64,000 nt of DNA from Escherichia phage AV118. Below, piece after piece: positions 1-10,324 of the stretch (positions are counted from its first letter, which is position 1; every line of letters begins with the position of its first letter). The notes below the pieces were generated by a model. It did no database searches. It was given only the letters and a program-made list of their open reading frames with translations, and was not told the origin of the DNA. A program made the position numbers and the translations under genes. The stretch is from the sequence record OR352948.1; one strand, given 5' to 3'.

Positions 1-223
1 ATTCCTGGAACTGGGATAATGAGTTCTCAACCATAAATTTTGAGTAGTCGACCTGAGCAATTGACATAGATTTCTTTTCATTAATAGCATTAATGATTTT
101 AAAGAATTCGTTCTCAGGTTTTTCTTTAAACATGTCAGCACATTTTTGAATCGCATCAGCGTCATTAGACTTCCATGCAATTTGGTGCTCGTTAAGTTGG
201 ACGTCATCATCAAATAAGTTCAT
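1..223 (-). CDS. 62: Clamp loader small subunit gp62, N-terminal part only (gene runs off the window start)
   Basis: Reverse-strand translation from ATG at 221-223 reads [17 protein letters not shown]..., matching the recalled T4 gp62 N-terminus; sits directly upstream of gene 44 as in T4. Confidence 0.75.
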   Translation of the reverse strand, partial: MNLFDDDVQLNEHQIAWKSNDADAIQKCADMFKEKPENEFFKIINAINEKKSMSIAQVDYSKFMVENSLSQFQE

Positions 224-224
224 A

Positions 225-1187
225 TTATTTCCAAGTCAGTTCGCAGGTCAGTTGAAGAAGCATATACATAACATGTAATTCAATATTACTTGCTAATCCA
301 TGAAACTTATTATTTTCGCCTGCAATTTCATAAAGCGAAATAATACTTTTACCTGGTGCAACTTGGTCATAACATTCTGAAACTAATTTATCGATGAACC
401 ATGAATAATCTGCAGCATATTTTGGAGCTAATGCACGAAGTTGTTTGATATCTTTGTTCTTCATTGCTTCTATGACATCATCTACCGTGCCACGGTCATT
501 AGTTACGATAGACAAAATACCCGCATCAAGAACACCTTTAGACGAGTACTGGTCTAATTGACCAATTGTACGACGAAAGTCCGGGAAGTTCTTTTTAACC
601 AGAGCTGCAACAACTTTCATATCAGCGATTTCGATATTTTCGTTCTTACAGATTTCAACCATACGATGAATCATTTTCTTCATCATCGAGATTTTATCTT
701 CTTCGGTTGGACGTCCGAATTCGATAACTCGACAACGACTACGTAACGGTTCGATAATTCCATCGATGTTGTTAGCAGTAATAATAATAGAACAGTTACT
801 AGAGAATTCTTCCATAAACGTACGAAGGTGACGTTGTGATTCGGCGAGGCCACTACGGTCAAATTCATCGATAACGATAACTTTCGGCTTGCCTTCCATT
901 GAGACTGAACGAGCGAATGCAGTTAATGGACCACGCACAAAATCAATCTTACAATCAGAACCGTTGACGAACATCATTTCGGCATTAATATCATTACATA
1001 ATGCTTTTGCTACGGTTGTTTTACCTGTACCAGGAGAAGGAGAGTGTAAAATAATATGAGGAAGTTTTCCTTTAGATACTAAAGACTTGAATGTTTCATG
1101 GTCATACGCAGGCAGAATACATTCGTCAATGGAAGAAGGACGATATTTCTGTTCTAGAATGTGTTCTTTGGAATTGATAGTAATCAT
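225..1187 (-). CDS. 44: Clamp loader ATPase subunit gp44 (RFC-like AAA+)
   Basis: 320 aa; Walker A GTGKTT and Walker B VIVIDEFD; near-identical along its length to recalled T4 gp44 ([17 protein letters not shown]...). Confidence 0.95.
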   Translation of the reverse strand: MITINSKEHILEQKYRPSSIDECILPAYDHETFKSLVSKGKLPHIILHSPSPGTGKTTVAKALCNDINAEMMFVNGSDCKIDFVRGPLTAFARSVSMEGKPKVIVIDEFDRSGLAESQRHLRTFMEEFSSNCSIIITANNIDGIIEPLRSRCRVIEFGRPTEEDKISMMKKMIHRMVEICKNENIEIADMKVVAALVKKNFPDFRRTIGQLDQYSSKGVLDAGILSIVTNDRGTVDDVIEAMKNKDIKQLRALAPKYAADYSWFIDKLVSECYDQVAPGKSIISLYEIAGENNKFHGLASNIELHVMYMLLQLTCELTWK

Positions 1188-1262
1188 GTAATTTTCCTCA
1201 TTATCATTAAACTGGAGGATTTCTCCTCCATAATCGTATCACAATAAACGTAAAGCTTTGAC

Positions 1263-1949
1263 TTAGAAGTCGTGAGTAGAATCGGCTTCCATCGCAATAA
1301 CATAACTTACTTGAGAGCTTTCAAACTTGGCTGCAACTTTATCACCAGCTCCCCACAACATTACTTTATAGTTACCTGGCTGGATTTTCATATTAGCCAT
1401 ATTGATTACGAAGTTAAAGTTGTTAGAACCATCATAATCGGTAAGAGTCAAAGAATACTTAGGACGAGTTAGTCCTGAATCTTCAACTTTATTATAGCCA
1501 TTGATAACAATTTTACCATCTTTATTTGTAATAGCAATTGTATCAATCTGAAGACCACGTGAAACTCGAAGCAATTGTTGAAGGTCTTCAGCTTTAATTT
1601 CAGTAATCACAGAAGCTACTGGGAATTGAATTGGCTTATTAGGAAAAACAATTGTGCTCTTGTCAGCGGCAGGCCAATAAACTGTGGAACGTGTATCTGC
1701 AATTTTAATATTGCCATCAGTGTGCATTGAAATTTCAGCATCATCAGACACTAGACTCAAAATGCTTAAGAAGCTATTCAAATCATAAAGTGCTACGTCA
1801 AAATCAATTTCATCAGAGATATTTGCTTCCGCATAAGTGGTGCCATTAACTGCACGAGTCATAATAAATTTACCTTGACTCAGCAGAATGCCAGAGTTAA
1901 TAGAAGCGAAGTTTTTCAGAATATTTACGGTTTCACGGCTAAGTTTCAT
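1263..1949 (-). CDS. 45: Sliding clamp gp45
   Basis: 228 aa, same length as T4 gp45 and high identity to it (MKLS...ALEADSTHDF). Confidence 0.95.
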   Translation of the reverse strand: MKLSRETVNILKNFASINSGILLSQGKFIMTRAVNGTTYAEANISDEIDFDVALYDLNSFLSILSLVSDDAEISMHTDGNIKIADTRSTVYWPAADKSTIVFPNKPIQFPVASVITEIKAEDLQQLLRVSRGLQIDTIAITNKDGKIVINGYNKVEDSGLTRPKYSLTLTDYDGSNNFNFVINMANMKIQPGNYKVMLWGAGDKVAAKFESSQVSYVIAMEADSTHDF

Positions 1950-2836
1950 TTAGGTTTCCTATTAGCATAATAATTTGTCCAAGACCGGATAGCACCTTGG
2001 TATGATTCATCATTAAAACCATGCTGAATTGCATGTTTTCTAAATGTAATATAACTTGGTTTTCCTAAAGCAATCCACAATTCCTTTAATTTTTGTTCAT
2101 GAAATATCCATGTACCTCTAGCTTTAGATTTTCTGAATTTATCCTTAAATTCTTTGGTTGCATTTCTTTTCGAAGCTGCGATAGAGGCCTTTGCTCTATT
2201 TTCAGGTTTAGACCAATACAATGTTTTAGATATTTTTATTTTATCTTTAACATTAGGAGAATTCATTATATCTTTAAATTTTAAAGCAAAATCTCTATCG
2301 CTAAACATTTTTTTAGAAAGAATAGAAACTTTCTCTCTTCGTTCTTTGGTCCAATATGTTTTTTGAAATTCTCTAATTGCGTTTAAATGATTCTCCGACA
2401 ATTTGCAATTTTTTCTAACACCGACGTAATCTTCGTTTATTTCGTTTTTAGAAAGTTTTACTATTTTGCCTGTTTTTAAATTTTTATACGGTGCATATCC
2501 TTTAGCTGATATTCTAGACTTCTCGTTAGCATAAGCCTTATTAAAATATTTTTCATTTGAAACGGCTTTAACATTGAGTTGGAATAGTCTTTCTATTCTT
2601 CTAGGGTCTAATGTGGTTTCGCCTAAAATTTTTACAGAATATTCGCCTTGGTCTATTAATCTGGTATATAAAGGAGAATACGAGGAATTAACACTACCGG
2701 TATATATTTTACCGGTAGAATCTTCAATAATATCCTTTCCATTAAAATGACACGAAACTTTAGAACCTATATAATAACACGGGTATTCATTTTTAATCTC
2801 ACGATTATAAAAGGTTATAAGATATATTAAATTCAT
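1946..2836 (-). mobile_element. Free-standing homing-endonuclease-like gene (Seg-like, degenerate GIY-YIG N-terminus, basic C-terminal repeats)
   Basis: N-terminus MNLIYLITF...YYIGSK resembles a GIY...YIG module; lysine/arginine-rich C-terminal half; paralog of the ORF at 13650-14471; inserted between 45 and rpbA; ATG sits 5 nt after the rpbA stop with no own SD. Confidence 0.45.
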
Positions 2837-2841
2837 AATTA

Positions 2842-3258
2842 TCAAGCAGCAACCATCTGCTTTTTAATAGTTTCAGGCAGTGATTCAATATATTCTGGAA
2901 TTTTAGAAGCAACAATTTCGCCAGCTGCAATTAGTTGTTCGTCGGCATCAACACAGTAGGAATCTTCCAGACGCTCAGAACCGTCTTTATCAAGAACGAT
3001 TTTTGCGCCAGCTTCAATAGAATCGTTATAGTGCTTACGCATCAGATGAATCCACATATCAGATACATCGTTATCAATAAAACCATAAATCATAAAACGA
3101 GTTTCTTGTGGCAAAGATTGGAGTTTTTTAGCACTTGCGTCATCACAATGCAGGACCCATGCTTTACGAACACGATTATGGTTATGTGGGTTAGCGTCAG
3201 TACGGATAGAAGTAACTTTCAGATCAGCAGCAGTGAAACCTTTAGCAGTAGTAAACAT
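2842..3258 (-). CDS. rpbA: RNA polymerase-binding protein RpbA-like
   Basis: 138 aa ORF at the syntenic position between 45 and 46; assignment is by position and size only. Confidence 0.5.
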   Translation of the reverse strand: MFTTAKGFTAADLKVTSIRTDANPHNHNRVRKAWVLHCDDASAKKLQSLPQETRFMIYGFIDNDVSDMWIHLMRKHYNDSIEAGAKIVLDKDGSERLEDSYCVDADEQLIAAGEIVASKIPEYIESLPETIKKQMVAA

Positions 3259-3270
3259 ATTATTTCTCTC

Positions 3271-3471
3271 TTATTCGTAGAAGTCGGTAACTGTCCATGC
3301 AGAATTGCGATTAGACATTATTTTATTATACTCGTCTTTAAAAGCAGATTTGAGCATTTGTTCAGTAACAATATGTTCTTCACCTGAAAACGTATTGGTC
3401 AGAACATATTTTTTAATTTCAGGGACAACAAGAAGATGTTGTCCGGTTGAATACTCCATGTTGTTCTCCAT
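3271..3471 (-). CDS. Hypothetical protein (45.2-like position)
   Basis: 66 aa ORF tightly packed between rpbA and 46. Confidence 0.45.
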   Translation of the reverse strand: MENNMEYSTGQHLLVVPEIKKYVLTNTFSGEEHIVTEQMLKSAFKDEYNKIMSNRNSAWTVTDFYE

Positions 3472-3513
3472 TTAATTTGATGTGGTCATTATAACCACAT
3501 CGTGTTAAAGCGT

Positions 3514-5202
3514 TTATGAAACAGTCATTACCGTAAATCGTCCAACTTTGCTCATTTGAAGATGTTGTCCATAAGCTTGTGGGTCATGGTCTCTGTGACT
3601 AATTATAAACACGTTTGCATCGGTTAGAGAGTTAAGAATTGTTGAAATAGCTTTAATACCTTCAGAATCAGTCGCGGAATCCATGACTTCGTCCATAATT
3701 AATGTATTGATTCTAACACCAGAGACCTTTTCAGCAATATCTCGCCATGTAAACAACAACGCGATATCGATACGTGCTTTTTCACCTTGACTAAATGAAG
3801 CATAACTGAACTCTTCACGACCACGTGATTTTATAGATTCATTGAATTCTTCGTCAATAGAAAACACGTAATCAGCTTCCATGATTTTAAGATAATGGTT
3901 AATCTGCTTGTTGAACAGAGGCACATATTTTTTAATGATAGCACCTTTAATACCAGAATCTTTTAACATATCTGTGATAATACCACGATGGTATTTTTCA
4001 AGAACGATATCCGATTTTGTTTTAATGATTTTATCAAGTTCTTTTTGAAGCAAAGCTATCTCATCGGCATGGTCGATAAATTCCGCTGAGGCTTGTTCTA
4101 TTGCAGCTTTAACTTTCTTAGCTTTATCAATAGTGGCAATCATTGCTTGTTTCTTGGTACGAATATCAGATGCAAGGTCCTGTTTAGTCTTAACATTAGC
4201 TCTATATTCGTCCACTAGGACACTCAGATTATCTCTGTGGCAGGTAAGTTGCTCGAATGAGTGATTACATTCATGAAGCTTATCGGTAATCTTAGAGACA
4301 ATAGGATCACCCTGGTGCAACTGTGATGCGCAAGTAGGACATGTACCGCCATCATGATACATCTTAATAACTTTGTTGTATGAGTCAATTTTAGATTTAA
4401 TCAAGAATGCTTCTTGTCCTATCTTGTTGAATGCCTCAGTAGGGTCTTCATCAAGAACGATATTAAGTAGTCGCTCATTAGCTTCTTCGATTTCTGCTTT
4501 TAATGAACGAGCTTCTTTAGCTAGGTCGTCATACATATTCTGTAGACGCGCTACATTATCACCAGATAATTTCTTTTGACGTTCGATATTCTCGTTATAA
4601 ATCTTAATTTGTTGGATAACACCATCTTTCTTGGCATCGAGAACTTGTCCCTGGGAATTAAGTTCTCGAACTTGAGACTTATTGATTTTATCCATTTCAG
4701 CGAGTGTGCCGACTTCTAAAAGGTCTTCGACAAGTTTTCTACGAGCAGGGGTGCTAAGAGCCATGAAAGGGGTATACCCTGCCGTCCCAAGCACAACGAT
4801 CTGTTTAAAAGACGCGTATGACATTCCGATGCTACGTTCAAATTCTTCTTGGAAGTCACGACTGCTGGCAGATTCATCAAGACGAACACCGTCAACGGAG
4901 ATTTCGAAAATATTGGGCTTTTGGCCACGTTTAATGAAGTATTTTTTATCATCGAATTCCATCCAAAGCTCAACTAAGAGCTCTTTCTTGTTCGTGCTAT
5001 TAATGATTTGTCCTTTCTTAACATCACGAAATGGTTTACCGAAAAGTCCGAAAGTAATGGCTTCTAACATCGTAGATTTACCACCGCCATTTTTACCAGT
5101 GATTAATGTCTTTTGAACTTTATCTAATTGGATATCAATAGGATTCCCACCTACCGACATGATGTTTTGATAACGAACACGATTTAATTTAAATGATTTC
5201 AT
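3514..5202 (-). CDS. 46: Recombination endonuclease subunit gp46 (Rad50/SbcC-like ATPase)
   Basis: 562 aa; Walker A GKNGGGKST, central coiled coil with CPTC zinc hook, C-terminal LIMDEV Walker B/D-loop; T4 gp46 size and order. Confidence 0.9.
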   Translation of the reverse strand: MKSFKLNRVRYQNIMSVGGNPIDIQLDKVQKTLITGKNGGGKSTMLEAITFGLFGKPFRDVKKGQIINSTNKKELLVELWMEFDDKKYFIKRGQKPNIFEISVDGVRLDESASSRDFQEEFERSIGMSYASFKQIVVLGTAGYTPFMALSTPARRKLVEDLLEVGTLAEMDKINKSQVRELNSQGQVLDAKKDGVIQQIKIYNENIERQKKLSGDNVARLQNMYDDLAKEARSLKAEIEEANERLLNIVLDEDPTEAFNKIGQEAFLIKSKIDSYNKVIKMYHDGGTCPTCASQLHQGDPIVSKITDKLHECNHSFEQLTCHRDNLSVLVDEYRANVKTKQDLASDIRTKKQAMIATIDKAKKVKAAIEQASAEFIDHADEIALLQKELDKIIKTKSDIVLEKYHRGIITDMLKDSGIKGAIIKKYVPLFNKQINHYLKIMEADYVFSIDEEFNESIKSRGREEFSYASFSQGEKARIDIALLFTWRDIAEKVSGVRINTLIMDEVMDSATDSEGIKAISTILNSLTDANVFIISHRDHDPQAYGQHLQMSKVGRFTVMTVS

Positions 5203-5453
5203 ATGTATTCTCTTCGAATGAAGTCCTCTACATATTTTAACATGTCATCCCTATCAGCAAAATATTCATCTAGTTCTGCATACATAACAACACCTGGTGC
5301 ATACTCACAGGTAACATACATTGTTCCAAAGAAACGAGGAGTTGATTCCTCGTAATTCTCAGTCCATTCAACGATACCAATATAACCGTCACCAATACTA
5401 AATTCATGACGATGGATTTCATAATCAGTCTTCGTCATTATACGCATCCTCAA
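5199..5453 (-). CDS. Hypothetical protein (46.1-like)
   Basis: 84 aa ORF overlapping the 46 start by 4 nt (coupled arrangement). Confidence 0.45.
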   Translation of the reverse strand: MRMRIMTKTDYEIHRHEFSIGDGYIGIVEWTENYEESTPRFFGTMYVTCEYAPGVVMYAELDEYFADRDDMLKYVEDFIRREYI

Positions 5454-5682
5454 TACACGCTTCAGCCATTTTAAGAATAGAGCCAGGAGTATCGTTGTCC
5501 ATTATATTAAAGCTAAATTCAATAGCCCAGTCAGTGCAGACATGAACTGCTTTAACTTCATTGCCTTCAACGCGTAATGGCTCAATCCAATACTTGATAG
5601 TGTTCTCGAATCCATCGTCATCTTTAACGTCCATTTCAACTTCAAGCCTGAGTCCAGCATTGTTAAATTCATCTAAAGTCAT
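5425..5682 (-). CDS. Hypothetical protein (46.2-like)
   Basis: 85 aa acidic ORF between 47 and 46. Confidence 0.45.
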   Translation of the reverse strand: MTLDEFNNAGLRLEVEMDVKDDDGFENTIKYWIEPLRVEGNEVKAVHVCTDWAIEFSFNIMDNDTPGSILKMAEACIEDAYNDED

Positions 5683-6701
5683 TGTGTTGCCTCAATATAA
5701 AGTTCGTTGGAATATTTGACCAGCGCTTCTCTGTCTTCATCTGAGATATCTGGAATCGCGTCAATATATTCTTTAATGATATCTTGAAGTGATTTAATCT
5801 CGATTTCCTGGTCGTCATCAGATTCAACACTGTTATCAACTTTAGAAACCATACGAAGAGAGTGAACTACTTTTTCAAGTTCAGATTCAAACTTAGTCAA
5901 CTCTGAATCAATTTCTGATACTATAACACGTACGGCTAGATTAGTATAATCAGAATAATTGATTTTGCCTTTAAATGGATAAGTGATTCGTCGATGCCAT
6001 GTTGTTTCATTAGGAATAAATTCCATACGTTCAACATCAGTGTCAAATACCCAGAATCCGCGAGGGTCGTTCTCATCACCTGCAGTAAGGGTCCATGGTG
6101 TCCCAATATATTTGACGTTAGCAGCTTCAGAGATTGTGTGGAAGTGGCCAGACCAGACTTGTTTATAGGTCTTTAAGAAATCAGGTTCAAGCCCATGAGA
6201 CTTCATTCCTTTATAGAAATAGAAGCCATTTAATTCCCAGTGCCCAACACAATACGCTGCAGAAGAAGTCTTGATGTGCTCTAAGATTTCACCTGTATTT
6301 TCTTCACACATCCATGGAATCAAATCAATCAAGCACCCATCAAAATCTACTGTAGTTGGCTTATCATAAATTATTACGTTTTTACGATGGCTCAATAATT
6401 CTTGAACAGTGTTAGGATATAAGGTTGTTTTATAAAAGAGATCATGATTCCCAAGTATTGTATGGACTGTTATACCAGCGGCTTCCACCAAATCAAACAT
6501 TTCACGCGTGAATTCCATACAACGTTGTGTGGTGTGGGCTCTGACATCAAATGTATCACCATATTGAATCCATGTTGTTATTCCATTTGCGACGGAATAG
6601 TCGATCATTTGTCTGAAACCGTCACGTTGTATAGCTTGAATCCAATCGTCGTCTTTTTTGACGCCTAGATGCAAATCGCCTATATTAAGTATTTTCATCA
6701 C
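5679..6701 (-). CDS. 47: Recombination nuclease subunit gp47 (Mre11/SbcD-like phosphoesterase)
   Basis: 340 aa; calcineurin-like motifs DLHLG, GDTFD, GNHD, GHWE; T4 gp47 size and order. Confidence 0.9.
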   Translation of the reverse strand: MMKILNIGDLHLGVKKDDDWIQAIQRDGFRQMIDYSVANGITTWIQYGDTFDVRAHTTQRCMEFTREMFDLVEAAGITVHTILGNHDLFYKTTLYPNTVQELLSHRKNVIIYDKPTTVDFDGCLIDLIPWMCEENTGEILEHIKTSSAAYCVGHWELNGFYFYKGMKSHGLEPDFLKTYKQVWSGHFHTISEAANVKYIGTPWTLTAGDENDPRGFWVFDTDVERMEFIPNETTWHRRITYPFKGKINYSDYTNLAVRVIVSEIDSELTKFESELEKVVHSLRMVSKVDNSVESDDDQEIEIKSLQDIIKEYIDAIPDISDEDREALVKYSNELYIEATQ

Positions 6702-7501
6702 ATACCTTTAAATTTGGAGTAAATTATATTGTGGTACGATATATCAGGAAACCCTTTATCGACCGCAATTTTTCTAAACTTATTAGGACTTATTTTACCA
6801 CACTCCATCCATAATGCAAACAACTCGTCAAAATGCTCATATGCTGGACCTCGACGAGCTTTTGACACAGCAGCACTTATGCGAGCCTTTTTCTCAGAAT
6901 CAAGGTTTTTAAGAGAATTACTTATTTTATTTTTTTGCTCTTCTGAATTGAAGGTGCCTTTTTCCCAGCCTAAAGGTTGGCTTCCTTCATGGAACATTTT
7001 TCTTGAAGTTCCATTGGTATACCATATTTTACCTTTATTGTGCCCTGATGCTTTATATTTTGGTGAGCGTCCTTTTATAAATCCTTCAGGTATAGTAGGA
7101 GCAAATGTTTGTTCAAGGGTTTCTGGGTTATACGAATGTATGTTATTTTTGGCGTTATGAGACCCATATAATGGGTGATTTTTACCAGAAACATCACGCC
7201 CAAAGAAACCAGTTGGTGATGCCAAAGACATATTCATATACAAAGGATTTTTATGAGCTTGAACTCTAATTTGATAGTCCTTTTCCACCTTTAAAGCTTC
7301 TTCTCGTGTTGGATGTTCGCTCAAAATACAAGAATCAAACAACGTAGGATTTTCTAAAAGTTCTTTGTTATAAATTTTACGATAGGCTTTAGATAGAATA
7401 GTACCATGATACCCGTTTAAATGTTTTTCTAAGCTAGTCGAACCTATGTAAAAAGGTGGTAGCTTATCTCCAGAATAAATTGTCAAATAGACTATAAACA
7501 T
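6698..7501 (-). mobile_element. Free-standing GIY-YIG-type homing-endonuclease-like gene (Seg-like) with its own terminator, promoter and SD
   Basis: From the internal ATG the product starts MFIVYLTIYSGDKLPPFYIGSTS (GIY...YIG-like) with downstream GKNHPLYG and SGHNKGKIWYTNG DNA-binding-like repeats; strong SD aaggag; lies where T4 carries a-gt. Confidence 0.5.
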
Positions 7502-7525
7502 ATATTTCTCCTTTGATTTAAGGAG

Positions 7526-7555
7526 ATTATAACACGCCTTTAATGAAGCGTAAAC
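7526..7555 (-). promoter_or_regulatory. Sigma70-type promoter for the homing-endonuclease gene
   Basis: Minus strand reads GTTTAC, ~17-18 nt spacer, TGtTATAAT, about 25 nt upstream of the SD. Confidence 0.45.
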
Positions 7556-7583
7556 AAAAAAAGGAAGCACTAGGCTTCCTTTT
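7554..7583 (-). terminator. Rho-independent terminator (palindromic, possibly bidirectional)
   Basis: A-run, ggaagc-actag-gcttcc hairpin, T-run; on the minus strand the hairpin is followed by a U-run. Confidence 0.5.
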
Positions 7584-7646
7584 GATATCGCCTAAGGCTT
7601 ATAGGTCCTTAGAAATCTGGATGTTCATCTTCAACAAAGCTAGTAT

Positions 7647-7847
7647 TCATCGCTGCCACCATTTTTTAAGTTGATGTGAATCTACCCATACCTTCGCTAC
7701 AGGCTCAATATTAAAAATACCATCGGACGTACGTCCAATCATTTTGTATTCGGTTTCAGATTGCTTGATACAAATATCACCATAAGAGCGAAGTCTAAAA
7801 GCGGCTCCTACTAGAAGCCGTTTAAACTTTGTTTGAACTAGCGCCAT
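7647..7847 (-). CDS. Hypothetical protein
   Basis: Small ORF between the homing-endonuclease cassette and 55; internal start chosen to avoid overlap. Confidence 0.3.
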   Translation of the reverse strand: MALVQTKFKRLLVGAAFRLRSYGDICIKQSETEYKMIGRTSDGIFNIEPVAKVWVDSHQLKKWWQR

Positions 7848-8145
7848 TAATGATGTCCTCAATAGCCTGACGAGTAGTAACCCACTGGATTTTAATTAAC
7901 TTGTCATTATATGGTTGTCTTAGAATATCCCGAGATTTCTTAATAGCATATTCGTAAGCTTCGAAGTTGTTTTGAATTGCTGCTTCTTGAGCATGAGCAT
8001 AAAGACGGTTTAGTTCAAAACGATTCTTTTTAAGAATCTTTTCGGATTTTTTACGTGCTTCAGCTTCATTTTTCTTTTGGATTTCTTGTAGCATTTTAGC
8101 TACTGCATCTTCTGCTTCTTTATTTTCAATAATCTCGGTAGTCAT
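7822..8145 (-). CDS. Hypothetical protein
   Basis: 107 aa charged ORF in the T4 a-gt/47.1 interval. Confidence 0.4.
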   Translation of the reverse strand: MTTEIIENKEAEDAVAKMLQEIQKKNEAEARKKSEKILKKNRFELNRLYAHAQEAAIQNNFEAYEYAIKKSRDILRQPYNDKLIKIQWVTTRQAIEDIINGASSNKV

Positions 8146-8146
8146 A

Positions 8147-8356
8147 TTATCTCATTAAATTAAAATAAAAACGTCCGTCCTCTTCAATACAGAACTCATA
8201 CTCAACCGGAGTCCCATTTATCGAAAATAACACGTCATGTGGGTTCAAAGGGTCGATGTCAAAATTAATTTTAAATTCACGACCCAACAGTTTTACCAAA
8301 TAAGGGATTGCTTCGTCAAAAGGTTCTTCTAAGTAGTTAGAGATGTCAATTGTCAT
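8147..8356 (-). CDS. Hypothetical protein (47.1-like position)
   Basis: ORF immediately downstream of 55; start set at the internal MTIDIS Met to clear the 55 coding region. Confidence 0.35.
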   Translation of the reverse strand: MTIDISNYLEEPFDEAIPYLVKLLGREFKINFDIDPLNPHDVLFSINGTPVEYEFCIEEDGRFYFNLMR

Positions 8357-8903
8357 CCTCATATAAAAAATCCAAACTAGGCGAATCGCTAACAACTTCC
8401 TTCTTTTCAGCCCCAGGAGCTTTATAAGCGGATTCTTCATAATGCGTCATTTTATCGTAGATGTCTTGAATAAACGTTTCATCTACCAACGCTACCATAT
8501 CATCGTCATGACTGTCGTAGACATTATGAACGAAGTAACTATATTTCTTTGCAACTTCCTTACGTTCTTTTTTGATACGTTGGACAAAAGCATTAAAACA
8601 AGCTCGAGTTATGTATGCATGTGGGTTATTGTACTTAGTTTCGTCGAAATTATGAAGTCCCTTAATAGAGGCTTCAATCCCATCTGCAATCATCTCCTGC
8701 TTCCAAGACTGGGTATATCCTGAAAAGTTGAAACGTTTGGACAGGCCTTCGGCGATAAGCATAATTGCTAAACCGATGGTATCATTCTGACGAATAATTT
8801 TGTTTGGGTCTTTATTATTTAAGAGCTCCTTTTTCCACTCGATTATAGCGGCGAGAAGCTCTTTATTATTCACATAGTTATTTTTAGGTTTTTGTTCAGT
8901 CAT
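8346..8903 (-). CDS. 55: Late-transcription sigma factor gp55
   Basis: From the MTEQKPK start it is 185 aa and near-identical to recalled T4 gp55 (NYVNNKELL...DFLYE); SD gagg upstream. Confidence 0.9.
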   Translation of the reverse strand: MTEQKPKNNYVNNKELLAAIIEWKKELLNNKDPNKIIRQNDTIGLAIMLIAEGLSKRFNFSGYTQSWKQEMIADGIEASIKGLHNFDETKYNNPHAYITRACFNAFVQRIKKERKEVAKKYSYFVHNVYDSHDDDMVALVDETFIQDIYDKMTHYEESAYKAPGAEKKEVVSDSPSLDFLYEDDN

Positions 8904-8924
8904 AAGTACCTCTTGGCTCAATTC

Positions 8925-8960
8925 ATAGGTCTATTATATCATAATATTTAGAGACCTATC
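8925..8960 (-). promoter_or_regulatory. Promoter/stem-loop cassette upstream of gene 55
   Basis: Inverted repeat ataggtct / agacctat bracketing a TGaTATAAT extended -10 on the minus strand. Confidence 0.4.
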
Positions 8961-9058
8961 TTAAAGCACGAGATACTATCAAAGATACGTAACTTTCATA
9001 AAGTTGTCGACTTAAAATTCACCAAACTTTTCTTCGGTTATAGCGATTCAAGATAGTT

Positions 9059-9286
9059 TCATTCTATTTCCTTTGCTGCAAATAAGGCAGCATCCAACGA
9101 ATCAAATTGGTCAACAAAATCAATATTTAACGCATCGTCAACCGTAGCATATAACCACCATTGTTTGAATTCATATTCAAGAATAAATCCAGGCCCTTCA
9201 ATCTGAGGAAGACCTAGGCTATTTGTACCAACTTCGTAACCAGCTAGACGGAGGTCATTAATCAAAGTTTCTGTTAATACGCTCAT
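9059..9286 (-). CDS. Hypothetical protein (55.x block)
   Basis: 75 aa acidic ORF. Confidence 0.45.
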   Translation of the reverse strand: MSVLTETLINDLRLAGYEVGTNSLGLPQIEGPGFILEYEFKQWWLYATVDDALNIDFVDQFDSLDAALFAAKEIE

Positions 9287-9615
9287 TTTACCGCCTTAAC
9301 AATTTTCAAGTCAACGAATTTTTTCTTACGTTGATTTTTCATACGACGGATAGTCTTTTCAGAGATTTCATGTTTCTGATAAGCTTTAGATTCAACACCA
9401 AATGCAGCAACGTCAAATTCAGAAAGAATATATTGTACTAGAATTTCACGAATAGAATTACGTCCAATTTTCTGGTCGTGTTTTTGCATGATTTCATAAA
9501 GACGGAATTCCCACGCGTCAAGAACTTGAGGAGTAACAATATTGCCGGATTCCAGAAGAGCAACAACTTTATCGAAAGCGAAAGAATTAACTACGTTTTT
9601 GATTTTAGTAGACAT
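9283..9615 (-). CDS. Hypothetical protein (55.x block)
   Basis: ORF with SD gaggaaa before the MSTKIKN start; directly downstream of the 48-bp promoter repeat. Confidence 0.5.
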   Translation of the reverse strand: MSTKIKNVVNSFAFDKVVALLESGNIVTPQVLDAWEFRLYEIMQKHDQKIGRNSIREILVQYILSEFDVAAFGVESKAYQKHEISEKTIRRMKNQRKKKFVDLKIVKAVK

Positions 9616-9634
9616 ATTATTTTCCTCGGTTATT

Positions 9635-9682
9635 TTATTATCCAATGAGAGCATTATACTCTGCTCTCAAGAGTTTGTAAAT
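9635..9682 (-). promoter_or_regulatory. Strong early-type promoter, copy 1 of a 48-bp perfect repeat
   Basis: Minus strand: TTTACA, 17 nt, TATAAT; the -10 sits in the loop of a gagagc/gctctc inverted repeat; identical 48-mer at 38307-38354. Confidence 0.6.
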
Positions 9683-9684
9683 CG

Positions 9685-9885
9685 TTATCCGAACTTTTTA
9701 GCGCCTTTCCAGCCTTCGTACATAACTGCACAAGTCAGTAGTACAGCATGCTGGCATTCTTTGTATTTGTAAATCCAGAACCAGCGTAAGAAGTCTTCAT
9801 CCTCAACGCCGTTGAGTTTCATATTGGCAAAGAATTCGGCACGTTCTTCACGAAGCTTTTGCGATAACATAGATTCAGGATTCAT
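9685..9885 (-). CDS. Hypothetical protein
   Basis: 66 aa ORF. Confidence 0.4.
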   Translation of the reverse strand: MNPESMLSQKLREERAEFFANMKLNGVEDEDFLRWFWIYKYKECQHAVLLTCAVMYEGWKGAKKFG

Positions 9886-10016
9886 TTTGTGTTCCAGGCC
9901 CCATTTTCATCGATGAACTTAATCCAGTCATTTACAGACCATTTAGTTGTATCGCCCTTTGGATTAACATTTAAAGTATATAATCCCTGCTTAAAAAGCA
10001 TTCGTTTGATATTCAT
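9882..10016 (-). CDS. Hypothetical small protein
   Basis: Internal start MNIKRML preceded by SD gaggaaa. Confidence 0.3.
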   Translation of the reverse strand: MNIKRMLFKQGLYTLNVNPKGDTTKWSVNDWIKFIDENGAWNTK

Positions 10017-10023
10017 AATTTCC

Positions 10024-10317
10024 TCAACTGTAACGATAACATTCGTTAGCTTTACGTTTGGCTTCAGTATGAGAAGTATTATAATCATAATCTTCTTTAC
10101 TGTAAACATCTTTTTTCAACTTACGAACTTCTTTGCGGAGTTGTCGATTCATTTCATTCTTGACTTCAGAATCAACGCCTTTCATACGTTTCCATTTATC
10201 TGAGCGGAAGATGTTTTCAACCATGTCTTTGTGGCTAACACCGTCAGGAGCTTTACGCTTACCAAAATAGTCGTAATCGCGAACTTTCAAATCTTTACGA
10301 CGATATGTTTTACCCAT
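10024..10317 (-). CDS. Hypothetical basic protein
   Basis: Lysine/arginine-rich ORF; SD gagg before the MGKTYRR start. Confidence 0.4.
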   Translation of the reverse strand: MGKTYRRKDLKVRDYDYFGKRKAPDGVSHKDMVENIFRSDKWKRMKGVDSEVKNEMNRQLRKEVRKLKKDVYSKEDYDYNTSHTEAKRKANECYRYS

Positions 10318-10324
10318 AAGTACC

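Noticed and set aside
558-868. ORFs 558-746 (+) and 683-868 (-) inside the gene 44 coding region
   Set aside because: They lie entirely within a well-supported conserved gene in other frames and have low-complexity composition; treated as chance ORFs.
4373-5116. Plus-strand ORFs 4373-4579 and 4682-5116, and minus ORF 4716-4973, inside gene 46
   Set aside because: Antisense or alternative-frame ORFs within the gene 46 coding region; no SD or motif support.
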